Below, piece by piece: positions 44,823-57,350 of a stretch of DNA of 64,000 bases. Source of the DNA: Eledone cirrhosa (taxonomy: Eukaryota); contig OZ024750.1 of assembly GCA_964016885.1 (NCBI GenBank), positions 45,198,001 to 45,262,000 of the forward strand, in the 5' to 3' direction. Below the pieces are notes generated by a model. The model did not search any database and was not told the DNA's origin. It worked only from the letters and a program-made list of their open reading frames with translations. Every line of letters begins with the position of its first letter. Position 1 is the first letter of the stretch. The position numbers and the translations under genes are program-made.

Positions 44823-46129
44823 TATATATATATATATAAAAATGATCGATCAACTTTCGTCAAATCGGACCGAGGAAACAATGTTTCCCAACGGAAATTG
44901 CTAATACTATCTAGGAGTCGCAACTCCATGTAGGATGAGCAACGTGTCTTGCTGGAGGACATAACGCATTTTAGCAAAATTACGGTATGTATAATATAAA
45001 CATTTAGATAGGCGTAGCTTTGCCAAAACACCAGTGACTAACGCCATCTGGTGGTGTCCTCGTGTGTGTATGTGTGTGCGTGCGTGTGTGTGTCTGTGCT
45101 GTGTGTGCGGAAGGTAGGCGATAATTCAGAGCACATTTATGCCGTACAATGAATATATTTATTAGTTTAACGCTTAATATAGTAGGAAAAGACCTTTGAC
45201 GTTTCGATATTAGTCCTTCCTCAGAGGAATGACTGAGAAATAAACGGAAAAAAGATTGGGTATGCTCTCAAACAGACACACATACATTCACACTCACACC
45301 CACACGTGCGCACACACAGACACATACACAATCTCACACACATATATAGTATATATTTTCTTGGACATTTTTCTTATTATTAATGTCTACATTTTTTTAC
45401 TTTATCAATCCAAATCATTTTATCTCAGTGTGTATCTTAGTCTATCCATTCTCGCTGCTCACACTCATACCCAGCCGATTGTTTCTCTAAAATGTTATAC
45501 ATGCAAACATATATAAAGACAGACACACATATAACACATGCGCACACGAACACACTCACGCAGAAAAATCTCCCCGTTCTATTCTCGTTTTCCTATTCGT
45601 CACAGCCTTGATTCCCGCTATGTATCTAAAGATATAATTTCCTCTCATTCAAGCCTGTATATCTATTTACTATTTCTAACTCTTATAATGCAGCTCTTGT
45701 TTCATTTTATTATTCTCAATCCACGCTATTTGTGAGTTGTTTGCTTTTACGGAAAATAGAAACAACATTTTTAGCACACTAATACATACACACAATCAGA
45801 CACAAACTCACACACACACACTCACACGCACACACACTCAGATACATACACACATTCACACTCCTGTCCACATACTTACACTCACGCCGATATATATAGT
45901 GTTTTCTGAGGAGAATATAATTAAATTTATATTCGAAATAAACGTACTTCTGTAAAGCACATCAAGATAAAGAATGTTATGTATGCTTAAACACAGACAC
46001 ACAATCACACACGGACATATATGCAGTCACATATAAACATGTATACGCGTATATATATGTATGTGTAAGTGTGTAATGTTGCATATATATATTTATATAT
46101 ATATGCATACATACATACATACATATATG

Positions 46130-46205
<76 letters not shown>

Positions 46206-46211
46206 CATACA

Positions 46212-46265
<54 letters not shown>

Positions 46266-46368
46266 CATACATACATACATATATGTATGTATCTATATAT
46301 ATAATATATAATATAAATGTTATATATATATATAATATAATATAAATATTATATATATATACATGTAT

Positions 46369-46408
<40 letters not shown>

Positions 46409-46466
46409 CTATATAATATATATATGTATATCATTTATATTGCATATATATATATATATATGTATT

Positions 46467-46530
<64 letters not shown>

Positions 46531-46535
46531 AATAT

Positions 46536-46614
<79 letters not shown>

Positions 46615-46660
46615 TACATATATATTTATATATATATATATATATACATATATACATATA

Positions 46661-46803
<143 letters not shown>

Positions 46804-47296
46804 GGGGTGAGTTGGAAAGCTTCTTATATTCCAAATATTCCCCGATATAATATGGATATATATAATGACTGACAAATCACGCTGCGTCAAACCATTTCGA
46901 GAATGTTCTATGCAATACTCAGAATACAAACTAATATTGAATATATGCATTCTTCTAAATGTCGAACAGAAATAGGTATGGAATTATTTTGTTCGATATG
47001 ACATGCGACTTACCGTATATTTGATCATTTCTTGTTGTTTTCAAAATTCTATAATATTGAAATCATATAAATAAACCCACGAAAGATGTATTTTCGAAGA
47101 CGGGTGCAGGTTATGGTATAAATTCCACAGTAGCAAAACTAAAGCGATTGTATGTGACATTAAGTGTCATGGAATATTTCAGTAAAGTGTTAATGTATAC
47201 ACACACACACACCCACACAAAATACACACTCATACACACACACATACACACATACACACACACAGACACACACACACATATATATATATATATATC

Positions 47297-47631
47297 TTTA
47301 GGTTTGTTGGTTCACCACTGGATAGAACTGGTCATTCCGTATGGTCAATCCTGGTGTAATATTGTGAACAGTACTCAACGCAGTGCAGTTCACCCATCTT
47401 CGTTTGTATAGTTGGTGGTGCGAATACGGAGATAATTATAAATGAAATAAAATAACAGGAGGCTGGACTGGTGTAAATCCTTGAAAGGTTTATTATACTA
47501 TGATCATTTCAATGACCGGGTTCCATATGAATCCGGTGATATCATCATATGGAACCCGGTCATTGAAATGATCATAGTATAATAAACCTTTCAAGGATTT
47601 ACACCAGTCCAACCTCCTGTTAGTTTATTTC

Positions 47632-47638
<7 letters not shown>
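47297..47638 (-). mobile_element. Family B tail+palindrome element
   Basis: ~94-bp arms 47437-47530/47545-47638, ~140-nt tail; hammerhead broken at the core box. Confidence 0.85.
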
Positions 47639-47697
<59 letters not shown>

Positions 47698-48004
47698 AAA
47701 TGGGTTAAATCGACCATAGGGGAGTTTGGGTCTATGTAATAATTGTTTCTACTTTTGGCACAAGGCCAGCAATTATCCCAGTACATTACTGGTACTTTTC
47801 TTTATCGAACCCTTAAGGATGAAGGCAAAGTTAACCTCGGCAGGATTTGAACTCAGACTATAAAGAATCATAATAATGAAAGACACACACACATATTCAT
47901 ATGTATATTGGTGTGTGGTGGCCGCCTTAACAAGATTTTCCCGATGACTAAAAGAGTTAAAATAATCAAAACTATAAAGTAATTCGATAATAAGAGCTAT
48001 TCAG

Positions 48005-48553
48005 CAAATTATAAAATATGAGGAACTAATAGACAGAAATATGCGTATTTTCTCCTGAAAGTCCCGAATGCAGTTTCGCAGATCCGTGTGCAATGTTGTT
48101 TGCACTATAAAAATGCATCATCGCTGCGAGGTTGATACGACTTATCAAGAGAACCCTCAGAAAGAAGTACTGTTTCTTGACGCGTTCATAGCAAGTGAGA
48201 AAATCGTGATAGGTGGAGGGAGGAATTAACACGTGTAACCCTTACCCTAACCTTAACTGCTTTTTCTAGCAAATACATTATTCACTCACTGTCCATCTTA
48301 ATACCCTTTTATGCCACTGTACCACGTGTTAATTCCTCCCTCCGACTCTCAACATTTTCTCACTTACTACGAACGCATCAAGAAAGGGTCCTTCTTTCTG
48401 AGCGGTCTCTTCATAAGCAGTTTCAACCTCACAACAATGACGCATTTTTGGAGTGCAGAATCGTTACACACGTATCGGCGAAACTGCAGTTTCGACTTTG
48501 AAGAAAAAAATGGGTATATTTTTGTTTATTATTTCCTCGTATTTTGTAATTTG
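48005..48553. mobile_element. Diverged fold-back element, ~230-bp arms
   Basis: 48005-48235 vs 48323-48553 reverse-complementary (ggagggaggaattaacacgtg / cacgtgttaattcctccctcc). Confidence 0.75.
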
Positions 48554-48607
48554 ATATATATATTTTTTCACCGTACAACCTAGACTATATATATATATAT
48601 ATATACA

Positions 48608-49044
48608 TTTAGTTTTGTTGGTTCACCACTGGATAGAACTGGTCATTCCGTATGGTCAACCTCGATGTGATATTATGGAGAGCACTCAACGTAATGCAAC
48701 TCACCCGTTTTCGTTTGTGTAGTTGGTGGTGCGAGTACGGAGTTAATTATCATAAAATAAAAGGAGGCTGGACTGGTGTAATTCCTTAAAAGGTTTATTA
48801 TACTATGATCATTTCAATGACCGAGTTCAGTATGAATCCAGTGACATCATCATGTATTCGAAATATAACAACGGAATATAATGTCCCTGATTTTCAGCGC
48901 CATGGATTTTGTCTATTATATTCCTTTGCTATATTTCGAATACCTGATGATGCCACCGGATTCATACTGAACCCGGTCATTGAAATGTTCATAGTATAAT
49001 AGACCTTTTAAGGAATTACACCAGTCCAGCCTCCTGTTATTTTA

Positions 49045-49050
<6 letters not shown>
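48608..49050 (-). mobile_element. Family B tail+palindrome element, longer arms
   Basis: Same tail as 47297; arms ~48755-48890 and ~48905-49045. Confidence 0.85.
48940..48997 (+). ncRNA. Type I hammerhead ribozyme
   Basis: atac-CTGATGA-tgccaccgg..ccggtcatt-GAAA-TG(T/A)TCA-TA-gtat; opposite arm has the mirror copy with a mutated core. Confidence 0.75.
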
Positions 49051-49103
<53 letters not shown>

Positions 49104-49554
49104 TAAATCATGTCCTTAGAATTATTAGATAAAATATATACCATTTCCTCTCCCAATTAGCATAATTAACCATATAAAAAATCAATTAGACCAAGCTATA
49201 AGAATAAAGGCTCTTATGAAGAAATCTCCGACAAATAACCGAAAGTGGCCTCTTCGCGGTGACCCCAATAGAGTATGTATCCAACATTTCGACAGCATGT
49301 AGAAACTGACTAAATATACCATCAACCATACACAATTAGGTGTAAATTCAAACTTAGAAGAAATGTGTACATACCGTAATTATATCTCTACCATGGTTTC
49401 ATCCGTATTTTTAGACATCCAATTAATAGGAAATGTCTTGAGTTAGGATTCATCAGGAGACAAACTCAAAATTAGACATTTAGTTTTCCAAAGTGATCGC
49501 GCCAAAATTAGATTAAAAATGGCTAAGAATGGCTAAGAATATATATATATATGA

Positions 49555-50203
49555 ACTAGGAACACAGTATATAGCATAATATGTATGGAGGGACAGTGAA
49601 AGAAAGACAAATTAGATATGTGAGACAGTTGGTAGCACAGGTCAAAGGATATATGAACCCTGGTGAGAACTCGAAGATGCGAAAAACTCATTAGTACTCC
49701 ACCACCATGACAAAATGGAACATGAGATCACATTAGAGAACATAGAAATAACAATTATATCCATGCACACAAAAGAGTCAATGCTACGACAGATTACAGA
49801 AGCGACAAACATGAGTGGAATAGGAAGAACAGACAATATAAGGGAATACAGAGACAGATACGAACCGAACAAACAAGACAAACCAGACTCACAGATAGAA
49901 TAAAGAAACAACTAATGACAAATAAATAAACGTATAAATAAATTAAAAACAACACACATCTGAGCAAACCGAGTGCATAGCATACACCTCACAAAAACAC
50001 GATGCGCAGAAAAAGATAGAGACACAAAATAACTAATTAATCACTGAGAAGGTCGCAAGATGTGTAACAAAAGCTCATTGACAACAAATAATCAACCAGC
50101 TGGTTATTAAATCAACCAACTGGAAATGTTGTAGTGATTATGTTGTAGTGAAAGCCAACAGGAGTGTGGTTTTTTTATTAGCAGAACGACCTTACACAAG
50201 TAT

Positions 50204-50210
<7 letters not shown>
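49555..50210 (+). pseudogene. Decayed Penelope-like GIY-YIG C-terminus + 3' end
   Basis: VYSIIC..ETVGSTGQRIYEPW*EL..NSLVLHH..ITIISMH..MLRQITEA across frameshifts; hammerhead-like relic ~50043; ends at (TA)n. Confidence 0.55.
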
Positions 50211-50280
<70 letters not shown>

Positions 50281-50284
<4 letters not shown>

Positions 50285-50481
50285 AATGAGTAGAACCCCG
50301 ACGGCTGACCTCAAGCCGTTTCGACGGCTAATTCTGCACTGAGTCCAGAATTAGCGGTCGAAACGGCTTGAGCTCAGCCGTCGGGGTCCTACTCGTTCCT
50401 ATTACCCACTCTACTACCCTAAGTATTGAGTACTTTGGTGCGTTATGGTCCACTTGGTTCCTTACCACATTTCCTTCGTTA
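50281..50481 (+). mobile_element. Family A palindrome+tail element retaining an unpaired central loop
   Basis: Axis attctg-cactgagtc-cagaat; further copies at 51378-51567 and 51708-51890 (divergent). Confidence 0.85.
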
Positions 50482-50504
50482 TATATATATATATATATAT
50501 ATAT

Positions 50505-51030
50505 TCATCATTATGATCAGGTCGAGCTTGCTCGGCTTTCGACGACACGTTTCCTCCATCCATCTCTGTCTCTCATAGCGTTTGCCAGTTCTTCCGCAGT
50601 GCACCCAGTATCGTCCTCAAGTTGCTTGACATATGTCTTCTTGGGACGACCAACGTTTCTTCCTCCATGAGATGGACTCCATAACAATACATCACCTGCT
50701 ATTTCTTCCTTGCTGCGCCAACAGTGGCCAACAAATCTGAGTCTCTGTCCACGTATTTACCTGCTGATAGGTGGTATATTGCCATAGAGATCCTTATTTG
50801 TTGGGTGTTCCCTCCAAGATACGTTTAAAGCAGCACGGAGCATACGTGTGTATGCCCCGTCTAGCTTTTTCTCCAGTTTCGACGTTGGCGTCCAAGTGAT
50901 AGAGCCATAAACAAGCACAGATTCCACAGCAGCTCTGAAGGAATTCCTTTTCAGTTTGGCTGGCAGGTTTGATTTCCATATTTTGTCCATTGCATTCAAT
51001 GCTCCCCAGGCTTTTCCCATTTTATTCTTG
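50505..51030 (-). mobile_element. RTE-type LINE 3' fragment
   Basis: [55 protein letters not shown]. Confidence 0.85.
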
Positions 51031-51564
51031 AAGAAAAAAAAAATATATATATATATGTATATATATTGGATAACAAATTATCGTTATAGATAATCCAGTT
51101 AGAGGTTGTGTGTACTCTGTGTTGTGAATACTTTTAACGTACGGCTTTGCTTAACTCAACAAGATGTTTCCATAGTTAGGTAGCGAGTTCGCGAGAATTC
51201 CTATGCAGGTTATACTTGGAGTAATAATAACACTGTATTGAGGTCGACTGACGCAACTTCGAGTGATTAGTTGCCTGTAGACTCACCTGATCAATGAAAC
51301 AATTGTTAATACTTGAAATAAAGCCCCTGTTGTACAGTCGACCATGTTATTCCTCAATCGTTCACTATATATATATATAGGAACGATTAGGACCCCGACG
51401 GCTGACCTCAAGCCGTTTCGACGGCTCTTTCCAGAATTAGCCGTCGAAACAGCTTGAGCTCAGCCGTCTGGGTCCTACTCGTTCATATTACCATCTCTAC
51501 TACCCAAAGTATTGAGTACTTTGGTGCATTATAGTCCACCTGGTTACTTACCACATTTCCTTCG

Positions 51565-51600
<36 letters not shown>

Positions 51601-51654
51601 CATTGAGTTCTTCATACGGATTGGACACTACCGTAAACTCTTGGTAGATTTATC

Positions 51655-51711
<57 letters not shown>

Positions 51712-51886
51712 AGATTCAGGACCCCGACGGCTGGTCGCCGGCCGTTTCCCAAGTATTTGCTCGGATCTAGCTGTTGAAATGGCCGGAGCTTAGCCGTCGG
51801 GATCCTGAATCTTTTTCTATTACCCTAAGTATCGAGTACTGTGGTGCGTTATGTTTCACTAAGTATCTTACCACTCCGTTTTTTGT

Positions 51887-51931
<45 letters not shown>

Positions 51932-52430
51932 GCATATATGAAATGGATGTATATGAAAGCATATATTATTATACGCAATAAACATATCTTGTATATATAT
52001 ATGTGCGTATTTTGTGCGTGTATGTGTGTGTGTGCGCGCGTGTGTGTGTGTGTGTGTGCATGTATGTGCGTATATATGTTTCTGTGCGGGTGTGTGTACT
52101 GCAGCGTTGTATTCTTGAAGACAATTCTTCATTTTTCGTTGCTCCTTCGTTGCGCCCGTCAATGCGACAACTAATAAATACCTTGTTTCCTGTGTCCGAA
52201 CTGACAGTCACCTCTCTTTCCATATTTTAGTCTGACACATACCCCATCTCCATTACAGTCACACATGTTAATTTCATTACCACGGAAAGGTAGTAAGGCC
52301 ATTATTCAACTTAGTAGACTATTTTACGATTTAAATTAAATCGGCTTCAATGGTTTAAATTTGACCTCATATATGATACATCATCTCAGTGAATTCTCTT
52401 TCCTAGTGTATAGACACACAGACATATGTT

Positions 52431-52579
<149 letters not shown>

Positions 52580-52860
52580 TCCAACGGTTTTTACCCTCTC
52601 TATGTAAAACAATATAGTTTTCTCAGTTATAAAAGCTATCTCTCTCTCTCTATCACCCATCTCTCCTCCTATCTCATCCTTCCTCATTATACTCCTCCCC
52701 CTCCACTTTTTACTCTCATCTCCCCCTCTTTTTCCTCCTTTCCAACCCCCGCCTCAATTTTTTTTCCCAATATCACACATCAATCTAAAACTACTTTTCA
52801 TATGTTGATTTAAAACTGCACTATTCACAAGTGTTTTTTAACCTTCATATCATGTCTCCC

Positions 52861-52931
52861 TATTTTATCTGACGAAAACGCAAATGTTAGTGCATGATGA
52901 CATTTGTTTTTGAAATGCGCATAATAAAATA
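52861..52931 (+). ncRNA. Type I hammerhead ribozyme
   Basis: tattttat-CTGACGA-aaacgcaaatgtta..tgacatttgttttt-GAAA-TGCGCA-TA-ataaaata; perfect stems I and III. Confidence 0.9.
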
Positions 52932-52959
52932 CATGGAACTCTTTTAACCATCTTTTGAT

Positions 52960-52990
<31 letters not shown>

Positions 52991-52998
<8 letters not shown>

Positions 52999-54022
52999 AA
53001 GTGAGTCCTTCATCAGTGACCCTCCAACCGTCCTCGGCATTTCATCGCTTTAAGGGCCATATGCCTCAGGTTGGTGCGAACAACGGCTAAAAAAAGTCGT
53101 TGGGACACGTAAACAAAGGGGGACGCTAGAGTAACAACAAAAAAGTTTAAGCAACGGAAAGTGAGTAGAAATAGACAAGTCCCAGATCTCTATGAATATA
53201 AACTCTGTGAAATCGTGAACAAGAGACGAAAGACCATCAAACCTGGTTGAAATGTGAGCAAGGAAAGAATTTCGCCCAAGTTTGACGGGGGGGGGGAAGA
53301 GAGAGAGAAAGGAGAGAAGAGGAAGTGGAAGAAGAAGAAGAAGAAGAAGAAGATAAAGGGGTCTGGTCTACGAATTCGGTAAACGCAAGTTTTGTGAAGT
53401 CGCAGACGAAAGAGAGAGAGAAAAAAATTCATACCAGCTCGGTCAAGACTGCGCGAGAAAAGAATTACACACAGGTCAAACTTGAACTCCTTCTCTCTCT
53501 TTCGTCTGCGACTTCACAAAACTTGCGTTTACCGAATTCGTAGACCAGACCCCTTTATCTTCTTCTTCTTCTTCTTCTTCTTCTTCTTCTTCTTCTTCTT
53601 CTTCTTCTTCTTCTTCTTCTTCTTCTTCTTCTTCTTCTTCTTCTTCTTCCTCTTGTCTCCTTTCTCTCTCTCTTCCCCCCCCCCCGTCAAACTTGGGCGA
53701 AATTCTTTCCTTGCTCACATTTCAACCAGGTTTGATGGTCTTTCGTCTCTTGTTCACGATTTCACAGAGTTTATATTCATAGAGATCTGGGACTTGTCTA
53801 TTTCTACTCACTTTCCGTTGCTTAAACTTTTTTGTTGTTACTCTAGCGTCCCCCTTTGTTTACGTGTCCCAACGACTTTTTTTAGCCGTTGTTCGCACCA
53901 ACCTGAGGCATATGGCCCTTAAAGCGATGAAATGCCGAGGACGGTTGGAGGGTCACTGATGAAGGACTCACTTTTTCATATGTATCCCATTTGCAACGCC
54001 GCAGCTCCATTATTATCATATT

Positions 54023-54025
<3 letters not shown>
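52991..54025 (+). mobile_element. Family F long inverted repeat + tail
   Basis: Arms 52991-53422 / 53491-53981 near-identical apart from repeat length; ~45-nt tail; TA flanks. Confidence 0.9.
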
Positions 54026-54062
<37 letters not shown>

Positions 54063-54069
54063 TATATAT

Positions 54070-54952
54070 AAATTCAGCGTGAATCGCATTTCGGTGGGTA
54101 GAAGAAGCGAAACGTAACGCACATCCCGAGTCATGCTGGAAAGCGCTCCATAGTTTAACAACCAGAGCTATTAACATAGGTTATAAACGCCATACGAACT
54201 GAGAAGGCCGTCAAGAAGGCATTAACCACCTAAGCCAAAAAGCAAGTCAGACAAAATAAATGATAAAATCATACATATAGATATACATATACATATATAT
54301 ACAACAAACCTGGACCCATTGGAATTGATGGTAAAATCCAATTACAGGGTTTCTATGACACCTTAATCAATAATACTGTCTGCTTAAAACCATAAACTTT
54401 TGGTATAACGATCGAACAAGGAATATCACGTTATCAACAGGTATTTTGTTCTGTGCCAGTGTTGTGAATGACGTAGTGTTTTGTAAAAACTCATGTGTAA
54501 CACACAAGGGGAAAAAAATCCCAGATTTTGGCAAATGAATTCAGTATGTGAAATCATACAAAAAATTGCATAAATAGCACAAATCAAATAAGCACTCAAC
54601 CGGGTAGTTTTTAAAATAAACTTATGCAATTAATCTGTCAATAGAATTATTAACAGGTTAATTGTAAGACTCGGGAGATTAATACAAATATAAATTCAGC
54701 AAGAATCGCATTTTGGCGGGTAGAAAAGGCGAAAGATAACGCAAATTCAGAGTCATGCTGGCAAGCGGTCCATAGTTTAAAAAACCAGAGCTATAAACAT
54801 ATGTTATAAACGCCATACAAACTGAGAAGGCGGTCAAGAAAGCATTAACCACCTAAGCCAAAAAATAAGTCAAGCTAAACAGGACAGACAAAATAAATGA
54901 TAAAATCATACATATATATATATACACATATACATATATATACAACAAACCT
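54070..54952. repeat. ~240-bp direct repeat pair (54070-54310, 54692-54952)
   Basis: Colinear copies ~620 bp apart. Confidence 0.8.
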
Positions 54953-55289
54953 CATATATATTCGGAGGCCATATTCAGTTGATCCAGGTTCATTTCAAAA
55001 CTCCCTTATACATATTTCACTGAGGGCTATCAGTTATGATAGCCTGAGCTCTTCAGACGGTAAAACCTTAAACAAACTTTGGTAGTTCCTAAGAAACTTT
55101 AAAAATTTGGAGAAATCAAATAATTTCCCCGACAAACGATTTTCTTTTCGTGACACAGAGTGGCCGCCTAATGCGTGGTGCTGTTTTTTATGTATATATA
55201 TATATATATATTGAAACAAAATGAAAACGAAATTTCATTTCTCACTCTTAGTATGTATATATATCACTCTGCATATGTATATATATATG

Positions 55290-55331
<42 letters not shown>

Positions 55332-55792
55332 CATGCTACTGTACGTCTGTATACATATATGTATGTACGTATACATGCATACTTACATTTAAGTAAGTGC
55401 CATACTAAGAGTGAGAAATGAAATTTCGTTTTCATTTTGTTTCAATTTATCGTTTTCGGTATGCCTGACCGATTTAACTCACTCAATATGCAAATTAGGC
55501 TGCTCAGCCGTTAATTTTCATAAGGAAAGTATATACTTTCGAACGTTCAACTATCTGGCAGATGGGTAAACGGTGCTGATGATAGCTAACAAGCTTGAAA
55601 CTAGTACATCGTTCCTGTGTCAGTGTTGAACAAAAAGGTGACGCGGTTGCCTTAACACCGTATGGCATACATTCAGGCTGTTCAGTTTGTTTACAAACGA
55701 ACAAAGCGACGTTATAATAAGCGCCGCTAAACTGATACGTGCATATATGTATGTGTACCTGTATGCATATGTATATATACATGCATACTTAC

Positions 55793-55824
<32 letters not shown>

Positions 55825-56233
55825 AAATTTCTCTCCACATGGCTGAATACAATAACTGTAATCTGAGTTTTCCGAATAATAATAAATTTCGATTCGTTTG
55901 CAATTTTGCAAACAACCCTCAATTTTATAGCCATGTCAGTAGAATGGACACCTCATTGTTGCTGTTGTGTTGGCATGCGAACAGAACTGCACACACTCAT
56001 GTTTCTGGGTATCACCCTTCATCAGTACAGCTCACTGTTCATCTGCCAAACTGTCAGAGCTAGTGAAAATATATGCTATTTTCAAAAATGCACAGTGACT
56101 GATTGGCCTGATTTGCATATTAGAGGACTGGCTGATCAGTCAGATCTACTAATATGCAGATCCACTGATCAGCCAGATTTGCATATCAGGATATAGTTAT
56201 ACAAACATACACACACACACACACGTATACATA

Positions 56234-56307
<74 letters not shown>

Positions 56308-56311
<4 letters not shown>

Positions 56312-56420
56312 CGAGTAGGACCCCGGGGTCCTACACGTTCCTATTACCCACTCTACTACCCTAAGTATTGGGTACTTTGGTGCGTTATGGTCCATCTGGT
56401 TCCTTACCACATTTCCTTCG

Positions 56421-56423
<3 letters not shown>
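56308..56423 (+). mobile_element. Family A mini-palindrome + tail
   Basis: gaacgagtaggacccc|ggggtcctacacgttc followed by the standard tail. Confidence 0.85.
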
Positions 56424-56483
<60 letters not shown>

Positions 56484-56517
56484 TATGTATATATAAATAT
56501 ATATATATATATATGTA

Positions 56518-56553
<36 letters not shown>

Positions 56554-56745
56554 GTATAGGATTATCCAAGATGTAGTAATGGTTAATTACTACACTGGAT
56601 ATGGTTGACGTACGGTAAGAGGTTACTCTACGAGTTATGGAAGAATTGTTCAAGAAACTTAGTTCCTGATCCTTCAATATTCCGGAGTGTATATAAAGAA
56701 TGAATAATAACAGGTAGACATCATAAAAAGGTAATTTATTCCGTG

Positions 56746-56857
56746 TGCTTACAAGTGTTTCCACGGTGGTACTGCACCCTAGTTATGCTACGTGCAAATT
56801 CACAAGTACTTGCAGAACTCGAATATCCAATGCTGTGACCACTGTTTCCTCAGAGCA
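56746..56857 (-). ncRNA. Type I hammerhead ribozyme in the PLE 3' region, extended stem II
   Basis: tgct-CTGAGGA-aacagtggt..accaccgtg-GAAA-CACTTG-TA-agca; same strand as the ORF. Confidence 0.75.
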
Positions 56858-57350
56858 GAATGGTAAATGTACAATGTAAATACCCTTAAGTGGGGTTGTT
56901 GGGGCAGATAGAGTAGAAAAGGAAGAGAGAAAAGTAGGGAAGAGGGAGAGAGAAAGAAAGATATGCAGGGGTTGGAGAAGTAGGAGAGAGTGGCTTGTAG
57001 ATATCTTAATCAAAATGTTATGATAGGAGTTTTTATTATACTGGTTACTTTTGGAGAGATGCGTTGATAGTTAAGGTCGGAATTATTTATTGCCCCAGAG
57101 GGCAGGTTCATAGATGTTGAGAGGGAGGTAGGTCAAAGGTGAGAGAGAGAGAGTGTAATGGATGTAGAGAGAGATAGGTAGAGAGGGGACAGACAAAGTA
57201 TGTGTGGTGAGTGAACTTAGGGTTTGTAGTAGTAATCTAGGAATTGCACTGAGTTGCCATGTATATTGATAAGCAGTGTATCGTCTTGTAGTGTGGGGGG
57301 AAGAGAAGGTTGTTAGCTAGAAAGTGGTGTTATAGTTACTGGTTTGAATG

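Noticed and set aside
45042-45054. CTCF-like motif (CCACCAGATGGCG on minus strand)
   Set aside because: Single motif, probably within a repeat; no further support
45193-45228. Further hammerhead-like cores (also ~4762, ~20025, ~63357, ~63433)
   Set aside because: Stem I is offset, or one core box is missing or mutated; not called
50330-50392. Pistol- or twister-type fold for Family A
   Set aside because: Required pairings and conserved residues are missing; a hammerhead 3' half fits better
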